Positions 48,232 to 62,435 are shown, numbered from the stretch's first letter. The stretch: 64,000 nt of DNA from Psilocybe cubensis (GCA_017499595.2 CM039008.1:744001-808000), one strand, 5' to 3'. Numbers and translations: made by a program. The notes: generated by a model not told the origin, from the sequence alone.

Positions 48232-49956
48232 ATGTCGCTTGCTGAGTTCCCACTAGGTCAATCGCGCGTCGTTGCAGGGAGATACCCTCCTCCAGGCTCT
48301 GATCCACATGCGGACGCCATCCGAGAGCGCCGTGGTCCGCGAGGGATTACCCCTCTTGATGCGAATTTACTTCACGTCCCTCCTATTGCTGGTGGATTCA
48401 ACTCTTTGTTGGGAGCGGTGAGAACGAAAGGAAATCTCCCCGGTGATCTTCGCGAAATCATGGTATGGAATCATCGTAAGAATAAACGCTAAAGCGCTAA
48501 AGGCTTACGATTTCAGATTCTTCGGGTGGCAGCGTTAAACCATGCTTCCTTCGAGTGGATTCATCATGAGATAGTCGCTCGAAAAGAGGGCTTATCTACG
48601 GGACAATTATATGTGATCCGGGATGTGGACACGCCTCTCCCTCCTATCTCCACCGTCCTCACATCATTGCACACCAGTGCATTAGTTTTCACGGACCATA
48701 GCACTCGAACCGCCCGAGTTCCAATGGATGTTATTCACGATTTCAAAAAGGAACTAAAGTCTTGGCTGTTGGGCAAGGATACGAGCTGCAGTGAAGAGCA
48801 AGTCAACGCAAAGGTAGAGGACCTGTATGTGGAGGCAGCAATGGTGGTTGCATCCTACAATATGGTATCAAGGTTTCTACTATCCACAGATGTTGCCGGG
48901 CTGGCAGACATGGAAGTTCCATGGCCTGTCGAAAAGAAGGAGGTAGGGGGCTAACTTCTAGACAATGCATTTCCTAACGTTTTAGTTCAGCATTTTGTAA
49001 CCCTCCCATCGTTTCCACCAGCAAAAAGTCCGACACATACCATCCACGCAGTAACTCTTGTCACCGATCCATCTGCCCCTTGGTTGGTCTTCGCCAATTC
49101 CCTGCTCACGGATTGGACAATGTGGAGTTACGTGGTGCCTTATTTCCTGGATTTTCCTAGCGATGCAGACAATAAGAAAACGTACAATATTCTCTTGCAC
49201 TCGCAAAGAGGCCATGGCAAATCTACTCTACCAGACACTTCCCCTAGTGATTTGGAAGATAAGAGGCTGACGACCATCCCTTTCCTCGCACATGACATCG
49301 CTAACTTGATTGATATGCTTCACATTCCCCTCCCCGTGAAATCAGTCATAGGCGTATCACAGGGAGGCGCTGCTGCGCTAGCATTCGGAACCCTATACGG
49401 AGGGGGCAGTAACATAAAGACGGAGAGCATCGTCGCTTGCGATACATCTCCGCGCACGGCTGCGGGAAACAAAGAGGCTTGGGATGAGCGCATTCGGCTT
49501 GCTTTTGGCCCCGAGAGTTCAAATGCGACTGAGTATGCTGAACGCATAGGCATGCGCAAGTTGGCGAGTGTCACTGTTCCGCGATGGTTCCCACCTGGTT
49601 CACTTTGTAATCCCACAACCTCACCGCTCGCACATGGTATAAAGCGCGCGGAGTGGGTTGAACGGATGATCCAGGCAACACAACCAGCAGGGTTTGCAGA
49701 GGGCGCACGGGCGCTTAGTGAATATGATCTCCTTGATGATTTGTTCAAGAATCCCGTTGGCAAGGCGCTTCTCGTATCGGGGAGCTTGGATGGTGGCGGA
49801 AAGGTCGGTCAGGGATTGCAGAGTCTCTGTGAAACATGGAAACCTCATTTAGAAAGCGTCAAATATTTAGAGATTGGCGTTTCCGGGCATCTTCCAATGA
49901 TTGATGCTCCAGAGGTATTCACTGAGACTTTAAGTCAATGGATTCAAGGTATTTGA
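48232..49956 (+). CDS. Fusion of an AhpD/carboxymuconolactone-decarboxylase-like domain and a PcaD-like alpha/beta hydrolase
   Basis: N-terminal LPGDLREIMILRVAALNHASFEWIHH. After a short intron: LVFANSLLTDWTMW, RGHGKS, nucleophile elbow GVSQGG and His motif GHLPMID. Confidence 0.85.
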
Positions 49957-50426
49957 TTATTTCGTATGTTAAATGGATTATTATAGGTACACTGTATTCA
50001 AATAGACCAGCAACAATAATACTGTTCTGAGTCTTTAGGAAAATTAAGCGCCGTATGAATTCGATTTTTACATGGTGATAGGGCGAGGCTTCTTACTTAC
50101 ATATAAAAGCGCTCGTTTCACCTGTATGAAAGGGAATTATTCTGGCCTATACTTAAGCCACTGAGAAACTGCGCCGGATGACCTTGACTTATAGCTGCAC
50201 AGCATCACGAACACACCTGTCCTTGTATCACTTAAACGACTCACGGCGTGACCAGTCCTGTGTTGACTCAATTGCACATCCCACGCTGTACTACTATGGC
50301 GGTACCGGCGCCAGAAAACGTATAAAAGGTGAGCGAAACGGACACCTTGGTAGCATCCAACGCCTTACCTTTTCTCTTTACCAACTCACTTCTTTTGCTC
50401 CAATCATACCCAAACTCATTGTCTTA

Positions 50427-51953
50427 ATGACGCAACACCCTCCGCCACAAGAGACCACTGTGCATCAGGATGGCGCTAATCCCCAATCACAGGGGAAAGC
50501 TATGTGTGTAGCGTTTGGTTTCGTTGACGGCTGTAACGCTTATATGGGAACAGAGACATTGTATTCTTACAGGATACGACTGGCAGTCAGGGTCCTTATA
50601 TCCAATCAGCCAGACAGGCCATTCGTGGCATATGCGAGAAAATCTCTGCCTCTGAAAATCTATCTCAAGGGCTGCTCAGATTTGGCCTCATTGCATTTCG
50701 TGACCACCCACCTCAGGACATGTCATATGTCACCAAATCTTTCGGATTTACATCAAATATCGACGTCATGCAAAGTAACTTGGCTAGTCTCGTAGCTTCT
50801 GGCGGTGGTGATGGACCAGAAGCACAGACCGCTGCATTGGCTGAGGCGCTAAACTTGCAATGGGCAGACAATGCAGTGAAGATAGTTATTCTTATCACTG
50901 ATTCACCTCCGCACGGAATTGGAGAACCACATGATGGATTTCAGCAGTCTCCTGATCGTGAGCACACATACTACTTGGCTTTCCTCCCAGCTGACCCCTC
51001 TCTGATATCCCAGAGAACGACCCTCTTGACATAGCTCGGCAGATGGCTGAGAGGGGTATTACATTGGTATTTAATTAATCGATATAGTCAACTAGATCGC
51101 TTAAATTGACCATACAATCTTTTGAATATAGTTTGTAGTTGGATGCGAGCCGGCGCTTAGTAAATATCATGTGAGGGTGAATTAATCTTGTCGATGAACA
51201 CGGGTACTTAACAGATCTATAGCATGCTGTTGACTTTTACACAGGCCTTGCCCAGATTACAAGGTAAATACAACTGTCCTGGGCTAGTCATTACCGGTGC
51301 TATTAACAACCATGTCCCTCTCGAACAGTGGAAAGATATTTCCTCTTCTGATGGCAGACAAACTGGGTGACTACATTGTTGGAACGGCTGTAGAAACAAT
51401 CGAGACGGAGAAACTGATTGGAGAATTTGAACAAGTCATCGTCAATGACGTGTATGAGAACAACACATCGATAGAGGCGGTGACAGAACGCCTCAGGAAT
51501 CAACTGGACCAAAGGGGCGCCAAAATCAATACAATTGATGTCGAGAACGTTTACAATATTAGCGAAGCCGCTGCAAACAATGCGAATGTATGGCAAACAA
51601 GCGATAGCATTACCTCTGCTCGCTCAAGAGTCAAAAAAGTTGGTTATCCATACTACATATTCGTGTTTTTCTTCAACAAGTTTCCCATTGACAGATCAGA
51701 ACGCCCCGCATGAAACACACATATGCGTCAGGCCAGGCTGTACCAAAGGTAGCTATGCAGATGCAACAACTTAGTCACCAACAGGTAATTCTGTGAGATC
51801 AATCATCTGGTAATTGTATTAATCTGAAGTGGAAAGGCCGGCCGAATCGTACAACAATCAATGGCTCGAAGTTCTGTAGTCACACCTATGGGATACGTAT
51901 CCAGGCTCAGTGGAAAGTCCGTTGCTAATACAGCATTACCACCCGGCGCTTAA
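50427..51953 (+). CDS. von Willebrand factor A domain protein (multi-exon)
   Basis: [12 protein letters not shown] (MIDAS-like), [33 protein letters not shown]. Confidence 0.87.
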
Positions 51954-52104
51954 CTTCTGACTGTCCTCGCCGTGAAATGGGAAAGTAGCTTATTTGATCA
52001 TTCTGTTTGCATCATGTATCTGTACAGTACTCTTCTCTGACATATGGTACGCCACAACGGAGAATAAACTAGGTTTTTTCTTAAAAAAGAAAAACTTTAC
52101 ACGG

Positions 52105-54274
52105 TCACTGATTGCAATTTGTGAATAAGTCTTTGGATGTTCCAATCATCGAATCAATATCTGCACAAGCTTGTTTACCTCTGATTCAATAGTTAGACGT
52201 AAGTATTACTTACAATCGAAAAATATTGTTACTGGTATCATATCGAGCAGGCCTAAGGGCGTTGATGTCTTCATCGGCTGGCCTCCCCAAAGAACCCGTA
52301 TAAAATGTTCATTGGGCTGGTCTGCAGAGCTATACAGCTCAAATACAATCTTGGATAGTCAGTGACTGCTAATAATATCGAATGGCATATATCAATATAC
52401 CTCAGATCCCCTGTGCCATTCCACAGAAAAGGGTGAGATTTATAATGAAAGTTAATAAATGAGACTCAGCGTACATCCCCGGCCAGACCATTTGATCTAT
52501 TTGTAGGAAACCAAGCAGAGCAGATACAGAGCCATCGTGCGCAACCTGATACACTGATTATATTAGGCCCTCCAGTCGATTTGCAACATTCTGCTCGTAC
52601 GTTATGGGTATATTTAACCTGACATGCGCAGAAATGCTGTCAGGTTTCTCAAAAGTCTATCTCATTTTCTAACTTACATTAGACGTTCCGTTGATATTGT
52701 TTTGCAAGTGAGATTTCAGTTCCAAGACCCATGCACCATAACGAAGACTAGAGTACTCCGCCGATGCTGGGGCATCACGAAATCGGTATGAGTATTCCCA
52801 ATTCCCAAGTCGATACACTGTATTGGCCTAGCACCATGAGGACGTCAGTTCTGCAAAAAGCGGAGAGGTAAAAACGACCTACGTCTTTTTGAGTGACACA
52901 TTCTGACGTATCATTTAGGTTACATGGAAGGGTCTTCCCATGGCACTGTTTAGCACTCAAATTGTCGTAGTAACTAGAAACAGAAAATTTAAGATGATAT
53001 AATTGCAAGGGAGCCAGAAACTCAACTGATCTAGGCTGGAGTGCCAACCAGCAGTATCAAGAGTAGCAATTCCTGATATATTGTCCAACCTGGAATACAG
53101 CGGTGCTGCCTGCGCTAAGTGATCTTTCCATAGCTCTCCAGAGGAGCCAGTTGTGTAGTCTGATAGCAATTTGGAAGCAGCATTGCAGGAATATGTTGGT
53201 TCTAAAGAGTCAATTGTAGAGGATTGGATCAGAACAGCTACATCGTGGGATTTGGAGAGGGGGAAAAGCCCTGCAACAAGGCCTGAGGCAACCTGGGACG
53301 TAATAACATTGTTTGTCACTCCTGGAAAAAGTTATCCACATCAACTCACATCTTCAGCAAATGTTTTTTTCACTTACTGATTATGGCCTTTGTAGGCTCG
53401 AATGTCGGACCAAGTCCAAGTCTCGATGCATACACAGCACGTAGATCCTTGATGAATTGCAGACTTTCAGTCATACAGTCACTTTCAAAATCAACAGCTC
53501 TTCTCACAGATCCATGAGTTATTGAGTCCTCAAGACCTTGACTGGTTATTTGAGGGAATTGGCATCTACAAATACGCGTCAGGCACGTTACTTCATTTGC
53601 CAATTGCAGACATATACTAACGAGCTCCCAGCGAACCCAGGTCCAACTGACGTAGTCCATGGGTTCTGTTGGTCTATATATCCACGCCACTGGCCATAAG
53701 TTGTAAATCATTGATGGGCCTACCAATTTAATGGAGGTAAAATCTCGCACCTGAACGGGCGACACACTTGAACCGGGGCCGTTTGGACTGAAGGTAGTCA
53801 AATTTACGACAAGGCAAACGTCAAAATAGATAATCATAAAAGCATACCTGATGGACCCGAAAGTGGCACCTGCTCCATCACAGGACCAAGGAACGTCTTC
53901 TTTAAAAAAGGTATTGGAAGCGTATGGCGTACGCTTGTGATGTCTCTGGATTATTTCCACGTATTGCAAGGTATAATTTTTCCCAGGCATTCTTTAAATA
54001 GGCGATACTTTTCAGGTCTGGACAGGAAAGAGATTTCGCAAGACAGCACCCACATGTACTCTCTTTGCCTTACATGCGGCATGTTGCACCAGTTGTATAC
54101 ACCGTACTGCGAGTCTGGTGTCTTCGACGTTGTAAAAATTCCAGGTGAACCAAATCCATTCAAGGCAAATGTTAAATTGTTTATGTTTGAAGCTATGGGG
54201 GGATAGTGGATGACAGTTCCAGCTGCGGTCGAAATTGCAAAGCAAACAAAGAAGCACGTAACGGTATTGCGCAT
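52105..54274 (-). CDS. Secreted histidine acid phosphatase (branch 2), multi-exon
   Basis: Signal-like MRNTVTCFFVCFAISTAAG, RHHKRTP catalytic motif, VAHDGS, IVFELY..FIRVLWGG. Confidence 0.88.
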
Positions 54275-54880
54275 CTTGGGACCTGGGCAACGCCAGATTT
54301 GTGTAACGAGGGGTCCTTGTTATAAGGATTAGAGATGTGTCGCACTGAATAGACTTCTTTTTGCGACGGGAAAATGGTGCTTATGGTACAATTGTCAAGA
54401 AGTCATCCAAAGAACGTTTGTCGGCCCTTCCTGGTAGAGCGTTTTCAAAAATAGGAGCCGATGATTGGATGACATGATTTTGTGATTAGTAAGCATATGC
54501 AGTGTCGACGAACCCTTGACCGTTGACGAACCCTGGGCTTAACTTTCTCAACAACTACAACCAGAAAATTGGGGCAAGTTCTTTGTAGGAGGAACTGGAG
54601 GAGACTGGAGGTCCGGACAATGTGCTCAGCGAACTTCTAAGAATCTGAACGGCACGGTTTAAAACCTTCTCTCGTACGTTGACACAGACTCCTACGTTAC
54701 CCACGTTGGTTGGCTCCATATGAACTCTTATAAGTGCAGCAGTCTCTAATTCAACCAACGGCCCGACGGTGGATCAAGATGTTCTGTAAGACTTTTCTCA
54801 ATATTGAGCTGCGAAATGTATACTAGTCGCTACTGAGGAAGTAAGCATATTCTCTCCCCAACTTTTCTGTTACCTCCATC

Positions 54881-56491
54881 ATGCTCTTTTGTCGCTCTAT
54901 TTACATTTCTCTCTTTTGTCATGTCATAGCTGGCCTATCGCTTGGTGCACTGACTTGGGCGAGACCGAGCTCATCGACCTCAAGCCAGACGTTTCTGAGC
55001 CAACAAGCTTTGTCAGATATCCTGGATCGCGCAACTCCAATTGCAGGTCAGAAGCTGTTGTTTGGCTCTAAACGAAGTTCACGAACTCTTTCATGTCTTA
55101 GGGATTGATTTGGGATGCTCAAGAGACTCTAAAACTTGCGATTGGATGTCTCGTTTGCCAGACGATACGCTGCTTGTACACATGAACCTCCCTGGGACCC
55201 ACGATACGTCCACATGTAAGCACGTTTCTGTTCCTCAGTTTACAAAATACGATAGAAGTCCTCTTTAGGGAATTACTCCGATGCCACTCAAGCTTCGCTG
55301 GTTCGATACACAGGCCCGTGCGTGAGCATTCATCCTCGAATATTCTTATGCTAAGGTTTTCGTAGCATTCCCGATGCAAGTGTATTTCGCTGCCAAGAAC
55401 ATTCCATCCTCCAGTCCTTGAATGAGGGGATACGCGTATTGGATCTTCGTATCTCCTACAACCCAGGAAACGACACCATAGGGTTCCACCATTGTAAGTG
55501 TTGACTTGAGCATGGTTTCAATCGACAGCGTTGTACATGACAGTAGCCCAGGCACTTTTGAGTCCAACCACTAGGATGGAAGATGTTCTGTTCAGCCTTT
55601 ATAAATGGCTCGATAATCATCCTACCGAAGCTGTATTGGTCTCAGTCAATTATGAAGGAGGAACTGGAACGCCTAACGACCCTGCATTCTATATCAAACT
55701 TTACGATATACTCAACACTCCCCTTGCTCAGAAATATTGGGTTCAGACTAATGGCACGGTATGTGGTCAATATTGCAAACGCGTATTGATCGTTAAACGC
55801 AACGTCTGTTTAGCTCGGCACTCTAGGCCAAGCGCGAGGAAAACTTACACTCCTCCAGCGTTGGAGCTATGATCAACTTCCTTTGAACTTGACGAAGCGA
55901 ATCGGCATCCCACTTGACCCAGAACACTGGACGGATAACGGGAAAGCAATTGAGCTAGTGTATAATGTCGCCAAATCACAAATTGCTTTTATCGAAGTCA
56001 GTCATTTTCGACGCTTGGTTCTGTATATCTTTCATTGAGATTTCACAGGATTTTTACCGAATCGATATACCTCTAGGGTCAGGTGCAAACGCATACATTG
56101 AAGCCAAATTCGATGCAGTTACTGCACATCTCACAAATGCGACACTTACGAACCTCAACCCTGATCAACTTTATATCAGCTTTGCCAGTGCGGCGTTTCT
56201 GCTTGATTCGCCCCCCATGACTCCAAGGGCAAGTAGAATTCAAAATATCATCCAACATTGTGGTGATTGTGATTAATCTTTAGATCTTCGCATTGGGAAA
56301 CGGCACTGATGTTATAGGTATAAACAGAAAGCTTCTTCCTTGGCTTCAGACGAGGAAGGGGCAACGATTTGGTATTATCAGTATGTCGATTTATCACTTT
56401 AAAGTGCTTAGCAAATGACAATAATCATTCTGTAGTGCTGGACTTCTACGATGCTGTTCCTGGCCTCGTCGAAGCTGTAATAGGTCTTTGA
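54881..56491 (+). CDS. PI-PLC X-domain-like phosphodiesterase, copy 2 (signal peptide)
   Basis: Hydrophobic N-terminus, DWMSRLPDDTLLVHMNLPGTHDT, LNEGIRVLDLR, NHPTEAVLVSVNYE, PDQLYISFASA, LDFYDAVPGLVEAVIGL*. Confidence 0.9.
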
Positions 56492-56993
56492 GTGCTGTTT
56501 CTCATGTTGAAAACACCGGAGCAAGACACCCATTTGATATTTGGATAGGGCTGAACCCTTCACACATTGTCAATTATACCATTAATTTGTCGACTTTCAC
56601 ACTCGGGATAGCTCCCAATTGGGCAAATAGCATTCCAGCGATATAAACATAGGGTAAGAGTTGGATAAATCTGGCTCGCTGATAGAAATTGTGCAAACTA
56701 CAGCAGTAACATTTGTCGGCCTTTTGGCGCCTGTTAATCATCGCCCCTCAATGGTTTTTGTCAAGAACAAGCCACGCTACCCAAGACTTGCATTACGGCC
56801 ATCTGGATCTCGAATTTTCTGTGGGATAAAGCTGCTCCACATTCAGAATGTCCATCGGAGAAGGATTCATGTCCCTCAAATGTTTTTCTCAATCCTCCTT
56901 GTGTAATGCCGTCGGCAAGACAGTCAAAATATGCCGTAGCTCCATTGCCGAACATCAAAGGAGCACCTGGTTGTCTATGCTATGACGGGTACC

Positions 56994-57848
56994 AGGACCC
57001 CTGAAAATACCCTATAATCCCTGATCCACTTCCGGATAAAATTTGAGAAAATTTGTCGCTATGCCATAGGACTGTCCGGATAAAATTTGAGAAAATTTTG
57101 GCTGACCCCACATCGGAATTTCCGGATAAAAATTTGGGAAGCTAACAAAAGCAAGATCCAGGTCCGGATAAAACTTGGACATAGACACGCTTCGAACTTA
57201 CGACAGTCAAGAGAAATCAGACTTATGTAGACGGCTTAACCACTAGACTAAAGTTTCGTGTATGTATTTCCAGATTTGTATTATTGCAAAAGGAAAAGAC
57301 AGAACATGTTCAATTTTTTAATCAACCAAATTCATCCTCCGTGCCTGTTGGCTGGTAGAGGCCCCCGCAATTGTCAACCAACACATAGATCAAGCTACTC
57401 TAAGAAGAACCACACACTATGACTTCAGAAATAACTATCGAGTTTGAAGAAACATACAATAAACACGAATGGTTTGGACACGGTGAATCAGAAAATGAAG
57501 GTTAGCCACAAAACTAATTAGTGTAGATATATTCTTCCTCTTGTCCAAACCATCTATAGTACTTTCAAACGGTCTACGTTACATCTTCTTTAACCAATTA
57601 GACTTCTTTGTAGCGCACAAGGGCGCCTGAGAGCGGTTGCGAGCTCAAATTCACCTTTTTCGGGCGATTTTGGAGAAAAAATTTTATTTTAGGAAGTTTT
57701 TGAGGCCAGATATCTGTCCGGATAAAAATTCGAAAATCCTCATGGTAGATCCGCCGTCCGGATAAGATTTTGGAAAATCCGTCCGGATAAAATTCCGCAA
57801 ATTTTGGCCATTTTGGATCAGGCATTTTGGGGTATTTTCAGGGGTCCT
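56994..57848. mobile_element. Non-autonomous TIR element with 8-bp TSD CGGGTACC (hAT-like)
   Basis: TIR AGGACCCCTGAAAATACCC (about 35 bp imperfect). TSD at 56986-56993 and 57849-57856. Seven subterminal TCCGGATAA(A/G)A motifs. Confidence 0.9.
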
Positions 57849-58402
57849 CGGGTACCGCTGACAATTTGATTTTAATCATTTACCAGGTTCTAATTCTAAC
57901 ATCACCCGTCGGATCGAAGTGCCAATTCCTTGCCGTGCACATCATATCCCGGGTTGATGAATGTACAAGTAAGTTTGATACAGTCGACCATGTCTCGCAA
58001 GTCATTCTCTTGATGGAAGGCGTTCTCCATGTTCAACACGACTATCATTGTCGTGAGTAGCCCTTGAAGAGTCATCCGCGGATATCACATTCTTCCGTTT
58101 CAAGAAAAAATATATCCAATGGTTCTCATGTATGTTTAAAGATACACTTCATCCGGCCCCATGCACATGTTCGTTCAGCTCCCCGACTCAGCGATGATCT
58201 ATTTAAATTGAGGGTCAACTGTGCGTTTCGATCGGGCATATGCCGCGGGAGACGAGATATATAGGTTGAATGACGATGATGGACAGCTCTCTGGCTGCCC
58301 TGTTGCCCCACTATTCCTTATCTTCTTCTTCACCCTTTCTCTGTTTTACGCACGCGACAACCACCTGTTCGGCTGCTGCCCAGCAGTCAGCAGCGCTCAC
58401 AC

Positions 58403-59769
58403 ATGGATCTTCCCTCGGGAGCACAGACTGAAAAGACAATTGCGTCTTATGTCTTTGTTGCATGCAGCGGGGTAAGATTTGTCTCTTTTGTCGCCGCCTC
58501 CCTTGCCAGGCATTATTTCAGCTATCGCTAATTGGGAATAATCAGATTATGATATGGGACATTCTGGACAATTTGAAGGAGGACTATATAATTTTGCGCC
58601 ATTACCGCGTCAAGATTCCCACAGTTGTGTACTTTATATCTAGGTACTTGCAGTTTACAAACACTAGCCTTCTCAATAACTCGGTATAATAGGGCCTTTT
58701 CACTTGGATTCGTGATCTTGATCACCGTCTTCCAAAGTAAACTAAGCCTTATTTCAACATAAAAAATCATCTCACCCACCACTTTAGCGGCCCAGATTTC
58801 AGATTGCATGAAATTCGAAGAATGGATGGCATGGATCTATACTGGTGCCATATCTTTTACGTCTTTGCTATTCACCTTCCGCGTGAGGGCGATCTTTGAA
58901 GGCAACCGATACGTAACAGCGTTTTTTGGGATTCTTTGGCTTGTTGTGGTCGGTACAGCCTTGATGACAACGCAGGGAGACACCGCTGGACAAATAGGGT
59001 CAACGAAGTCCTGTGTTAATGAACATTTCAAGGAATATGTAACGGGCTCGGCTATTGCGCCGCTCGTCAACGACACTCTAGTTTTTCTTGCCATTTCGTG
59101 GCGATTGATGCAAAACTCACTTCTCGGCAATGATCGCAAATTCTGTATCCGTGCTATGATCCTTGGGAAACGCATGCCCTCGTTTTCGCGCGCACTGTTG
59201 AAAGACGGCCAGGTCTACTACTTGTGAGTCTGGGTCGTAAATTGCGTCCTACGACGTTCTGAAATGACTTTTCAAGGACAACTGTCTCCACCAATCTCTT
59301 GACTCTCATCTTGATGCTTATCCATCCCGTACCTGAAGCATATCGGACAATGCTTGCAGGACCAAACATCATGCTCATGAACGTAATGGCGTGTCGTGTC
59401 TATAGAAAGACCAAACTGGGACTTTTTGCTAATTCAACTACACAAAGTTCTCTCCCGACCTTTCGCACAGAGAACACATTTAGCCTCGCACCCGACCAAA
59501 GAGATTACACTTTATCCCCCATCACATTTCGCAAGGTCCATTCACAAGGAGATCCGCTGGATGGTGGCCACAACGTTACTATCGATCTCGGTACCAAGGA
59601 GCTGTTTGTCGACAACTCATTACAAGCCATAAGAGCCCAGTCCTCTTCGATTTTCAGTGAACACGAGGTCAAAGACGATCCAGAAAAAAGAGGTATGCGT
59701 TTTTGTTCACCATTCTGTTGTTACTGGCCAAACTTACCATTCCAACATTATCTGATTCGAAACACTTGA
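58403..59769 (+). CDS. DUF6533-type multi-pass membrane protein
   Basis: MDLPSGAQTEKTIASYVFVACSG | IMIWDILDNLKEDY..IPTVVYFISR, FRVRAIF, NDTLVFLAISWRL, DGQVYYL, NVMACRVYR. The 3' end is approximate. Confidence 0.8.
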
Positions 59770-60377
59770 AGTAGACATGAAACCATCACTGTAATTTTAC
59801 ACCACACTACGGACCTTTTTTAATCCCATTGTTTTTCTGCGTTAACCTAGACCTCCCACAGCGAATTAAGTGCTTTCAAACAGAGGGTATCGTATTAACT
59901 AGGCATCATATCGACGAGAACCCATTGAAACATCATCATCAGCCTTTCCGGACTTCTGGTGGTATTCCTCCATCTCTCGGCTCGTTAACAATGAAGCACC
60001 GCCTCGTCATCTGTATTCTGCGCTCACTGATGTTCCTGATTAAAAAATCGGAATCAGTCAGGCGACCTCTACTGGAGCGTCTATTATTACTGCGGTACCA
60101 AATAACTGTGTACCGAACATCGAATTCTCTCAAAAATAGATTCGACGTTCGGCTAAAAAAATTTTCGCCAGGGAATTTCTCGCTCTACGCTGAGCTGGGT
60201 TAGCCTTGAGGACAGACACTGCGAGCCGATCGGCGCAAAGTGAAAGAGCTTTAGTATAAAACAGCTCGATATAAAACTAGCTGGTGGAACTGGACGGAAA
60301 ATTCCCTCCTTTGCCAGTTTACAAGACTTTCAGGAATCTTTCAGCGCAAGGCATTAATATTACCCGCCAAAAGGGTT

Positions 60378-61682
60378 ATGACACCCCCCTCCGAGTCACC
60401 GGATTCGATTTCTAACAAAACGATTTCTGCTTATGTTTTTGTTGCATGCACCGGAGTAAGTGAAATTTCGTCAATACCCAGTATCCTATTGAATCGATCA
60501 GATAATGACTTGGGACGTCCTATTTGATCATCTGCAAGATGACTATACCTTGTTGCGCAATTACCCTATTAGGCTTCCTACAGCTACATATTTTATATCC
60601 AGGTACTGTAACTTACCATTTATGTAGCAGTATGATGCATCTAATCCTTCGTTTCTGTTGTTTGAACACTCGGTAAGAATATCCTCACTCGCATTTGTGA
60701 CCATGTCCGCAGTCTTTCAAAGTACAATTTATGCCTTGCTGTGCCAAAACTTCGTGATACTAATCTTGATTCAATGAAATAGCTGCATCTATATCAAACT
60801 GTCAGCGCTTCGAAGACTGGATGGCATGGATTTATGCAATTTCCATGGCCTCAACATCCTTACTCTTTACCCTCCGAGTTAGAGCTGTATTCGAAGGAAA
60901 CAAGCATATAACCCTCTTCTTTTTCCTACTTTGGCTCTCTGTGCTTGGAACTTCACTTCTGACGACGCAGGGAGACAAAGCAGGGCATATAGGAACCACG
61001 AAATTTTGTGCCAATTTATCGTTTGCCCAATATATCCGAGGCTCGGCCATTACTCCCTTGATAAACGACACTCTAGTCTTCCTAGCTATCTCCTGGAGGT
61101 TAATGCAAAACTCCCTTGTTGGGGAAGGTCGCAAATTTTGCCTTCGGGCAATCGTCCTTGGTCGACATATGCCAGCTTTTTCTAAAGCACTGTTAAAAGA
61201 CGGCCAAATTTACTACCTGTGAGCTAGTTCAACTCAACTCGGTAATACCGTAATTCTGAATGCGTTTATTTTATTGAACCTGTTATACGAATAGAACCAC
61301 CGTAACTACCAATCTCCTGACAGTTGTATTTCTACTGTCTAACGTACCGGAGGTCTATCGAACGATGCTCTCAGGGCCAAACATCATGCTCATGAACATT
61401 ATGGCATGCCATGTCTTCAGGAGAACCAAGCTAGTTCAATTTACGGAGAGGACAAGCATGTTCTCTGTTCCAATGGTGCCGACAATAACTGTTCCTACAT
61501 CAGAACAAAGGGAAAATTGTGTACATGCCATGTCCCCGCTTTCCTTTGCAGGATTTGATTCTCGCCAAAATTTTAAAAGCAATTCTCATCATATAACAGT
61601 TGACCTCGGTACCAATGAGTTAGAGGTTGAACACACCTCTGTAGATGACGACACGGAAACTTCTCCTGGACTGATCAAATGA
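60378..61682 (+). CDS. DUF6533-type multi-pass membrane protein (tandem paralog)
   Basis: ISAYVFVACTG | IMTWDVLFDHLQDDY..LPTATYFISR, LRVRAVF, NDTLVFLAISWRL, DGQIYYL, NIMACHVFR. Confidence 0.82.
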
Positions 61683-62435
61683 GGCCCTTCAATCCGCTAT
61701 ATGATTGTAAGGTTGTACACCAGTATATAGTCGTTTTATTGGTTTAAATATGATATTTTCACATTAATATATGCTGCAATTTGCTTTTATTTCCAAACAC
61801 TGACTATATTGTATTCCGTGAAAGTTCAAGTTGGGCTGTTGGATATAAACTCTGAGTATGGTATATTGTAGATATGGGCCGATTGAACACAACGCGTGCG
61901 TCACATGATCTGTGTCACTCGGTTCTCAGGGGTCTTCTACTTGAAAGCTTTCTTAAGCTTGGTTTTGCTGCGTTCATTGACCGAGCAGTTTGATAGTAGA
62001 CACCGGAGCCACCATAGCGTCTGATTCCCCAGTTGTTCCAGCTTCCCTGCTTCAGAACTTGGGACTCGGATCCCTGCGGCGTAGCCAACAACGGCGATCA
62101 TTTGTGGGATTTTTCCGATTTGGAATACCTATGAGAGCAGTAAGACGGATTTTTGTCAAACTAGAAGAGCTTCATTTTCTCTAAGCTGACTCGGGGACCG
62201 AGGCACGGAAGGCGCACTCACCTAAAATGGTCAGTGAACGGCAGATCTATACTACTTACAAACATCTGACAAAAGAAGGGGCACATATCAATCATTCTCA
62301 TCAATGATTCTGAGCAGGAATCACAAAGTAGATAAAAATTACACAAAAGAAGGCTTTTTATATAAAATTTCTGGGGTTTATGCTAAAACATGAAGTTATG
62401 AACTGTCAGTAACAAAGCATAATGCCGAGCGCTGA

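Noticed and set aside
62100..62259. Minus-strand back-to-back splice signals (GTAAGT..CTGAC..TTTTAG|GTGAGT) suggesting recursive splicing
   Set aside because: The first intron would be only 38 nt and no credible host gene was found.
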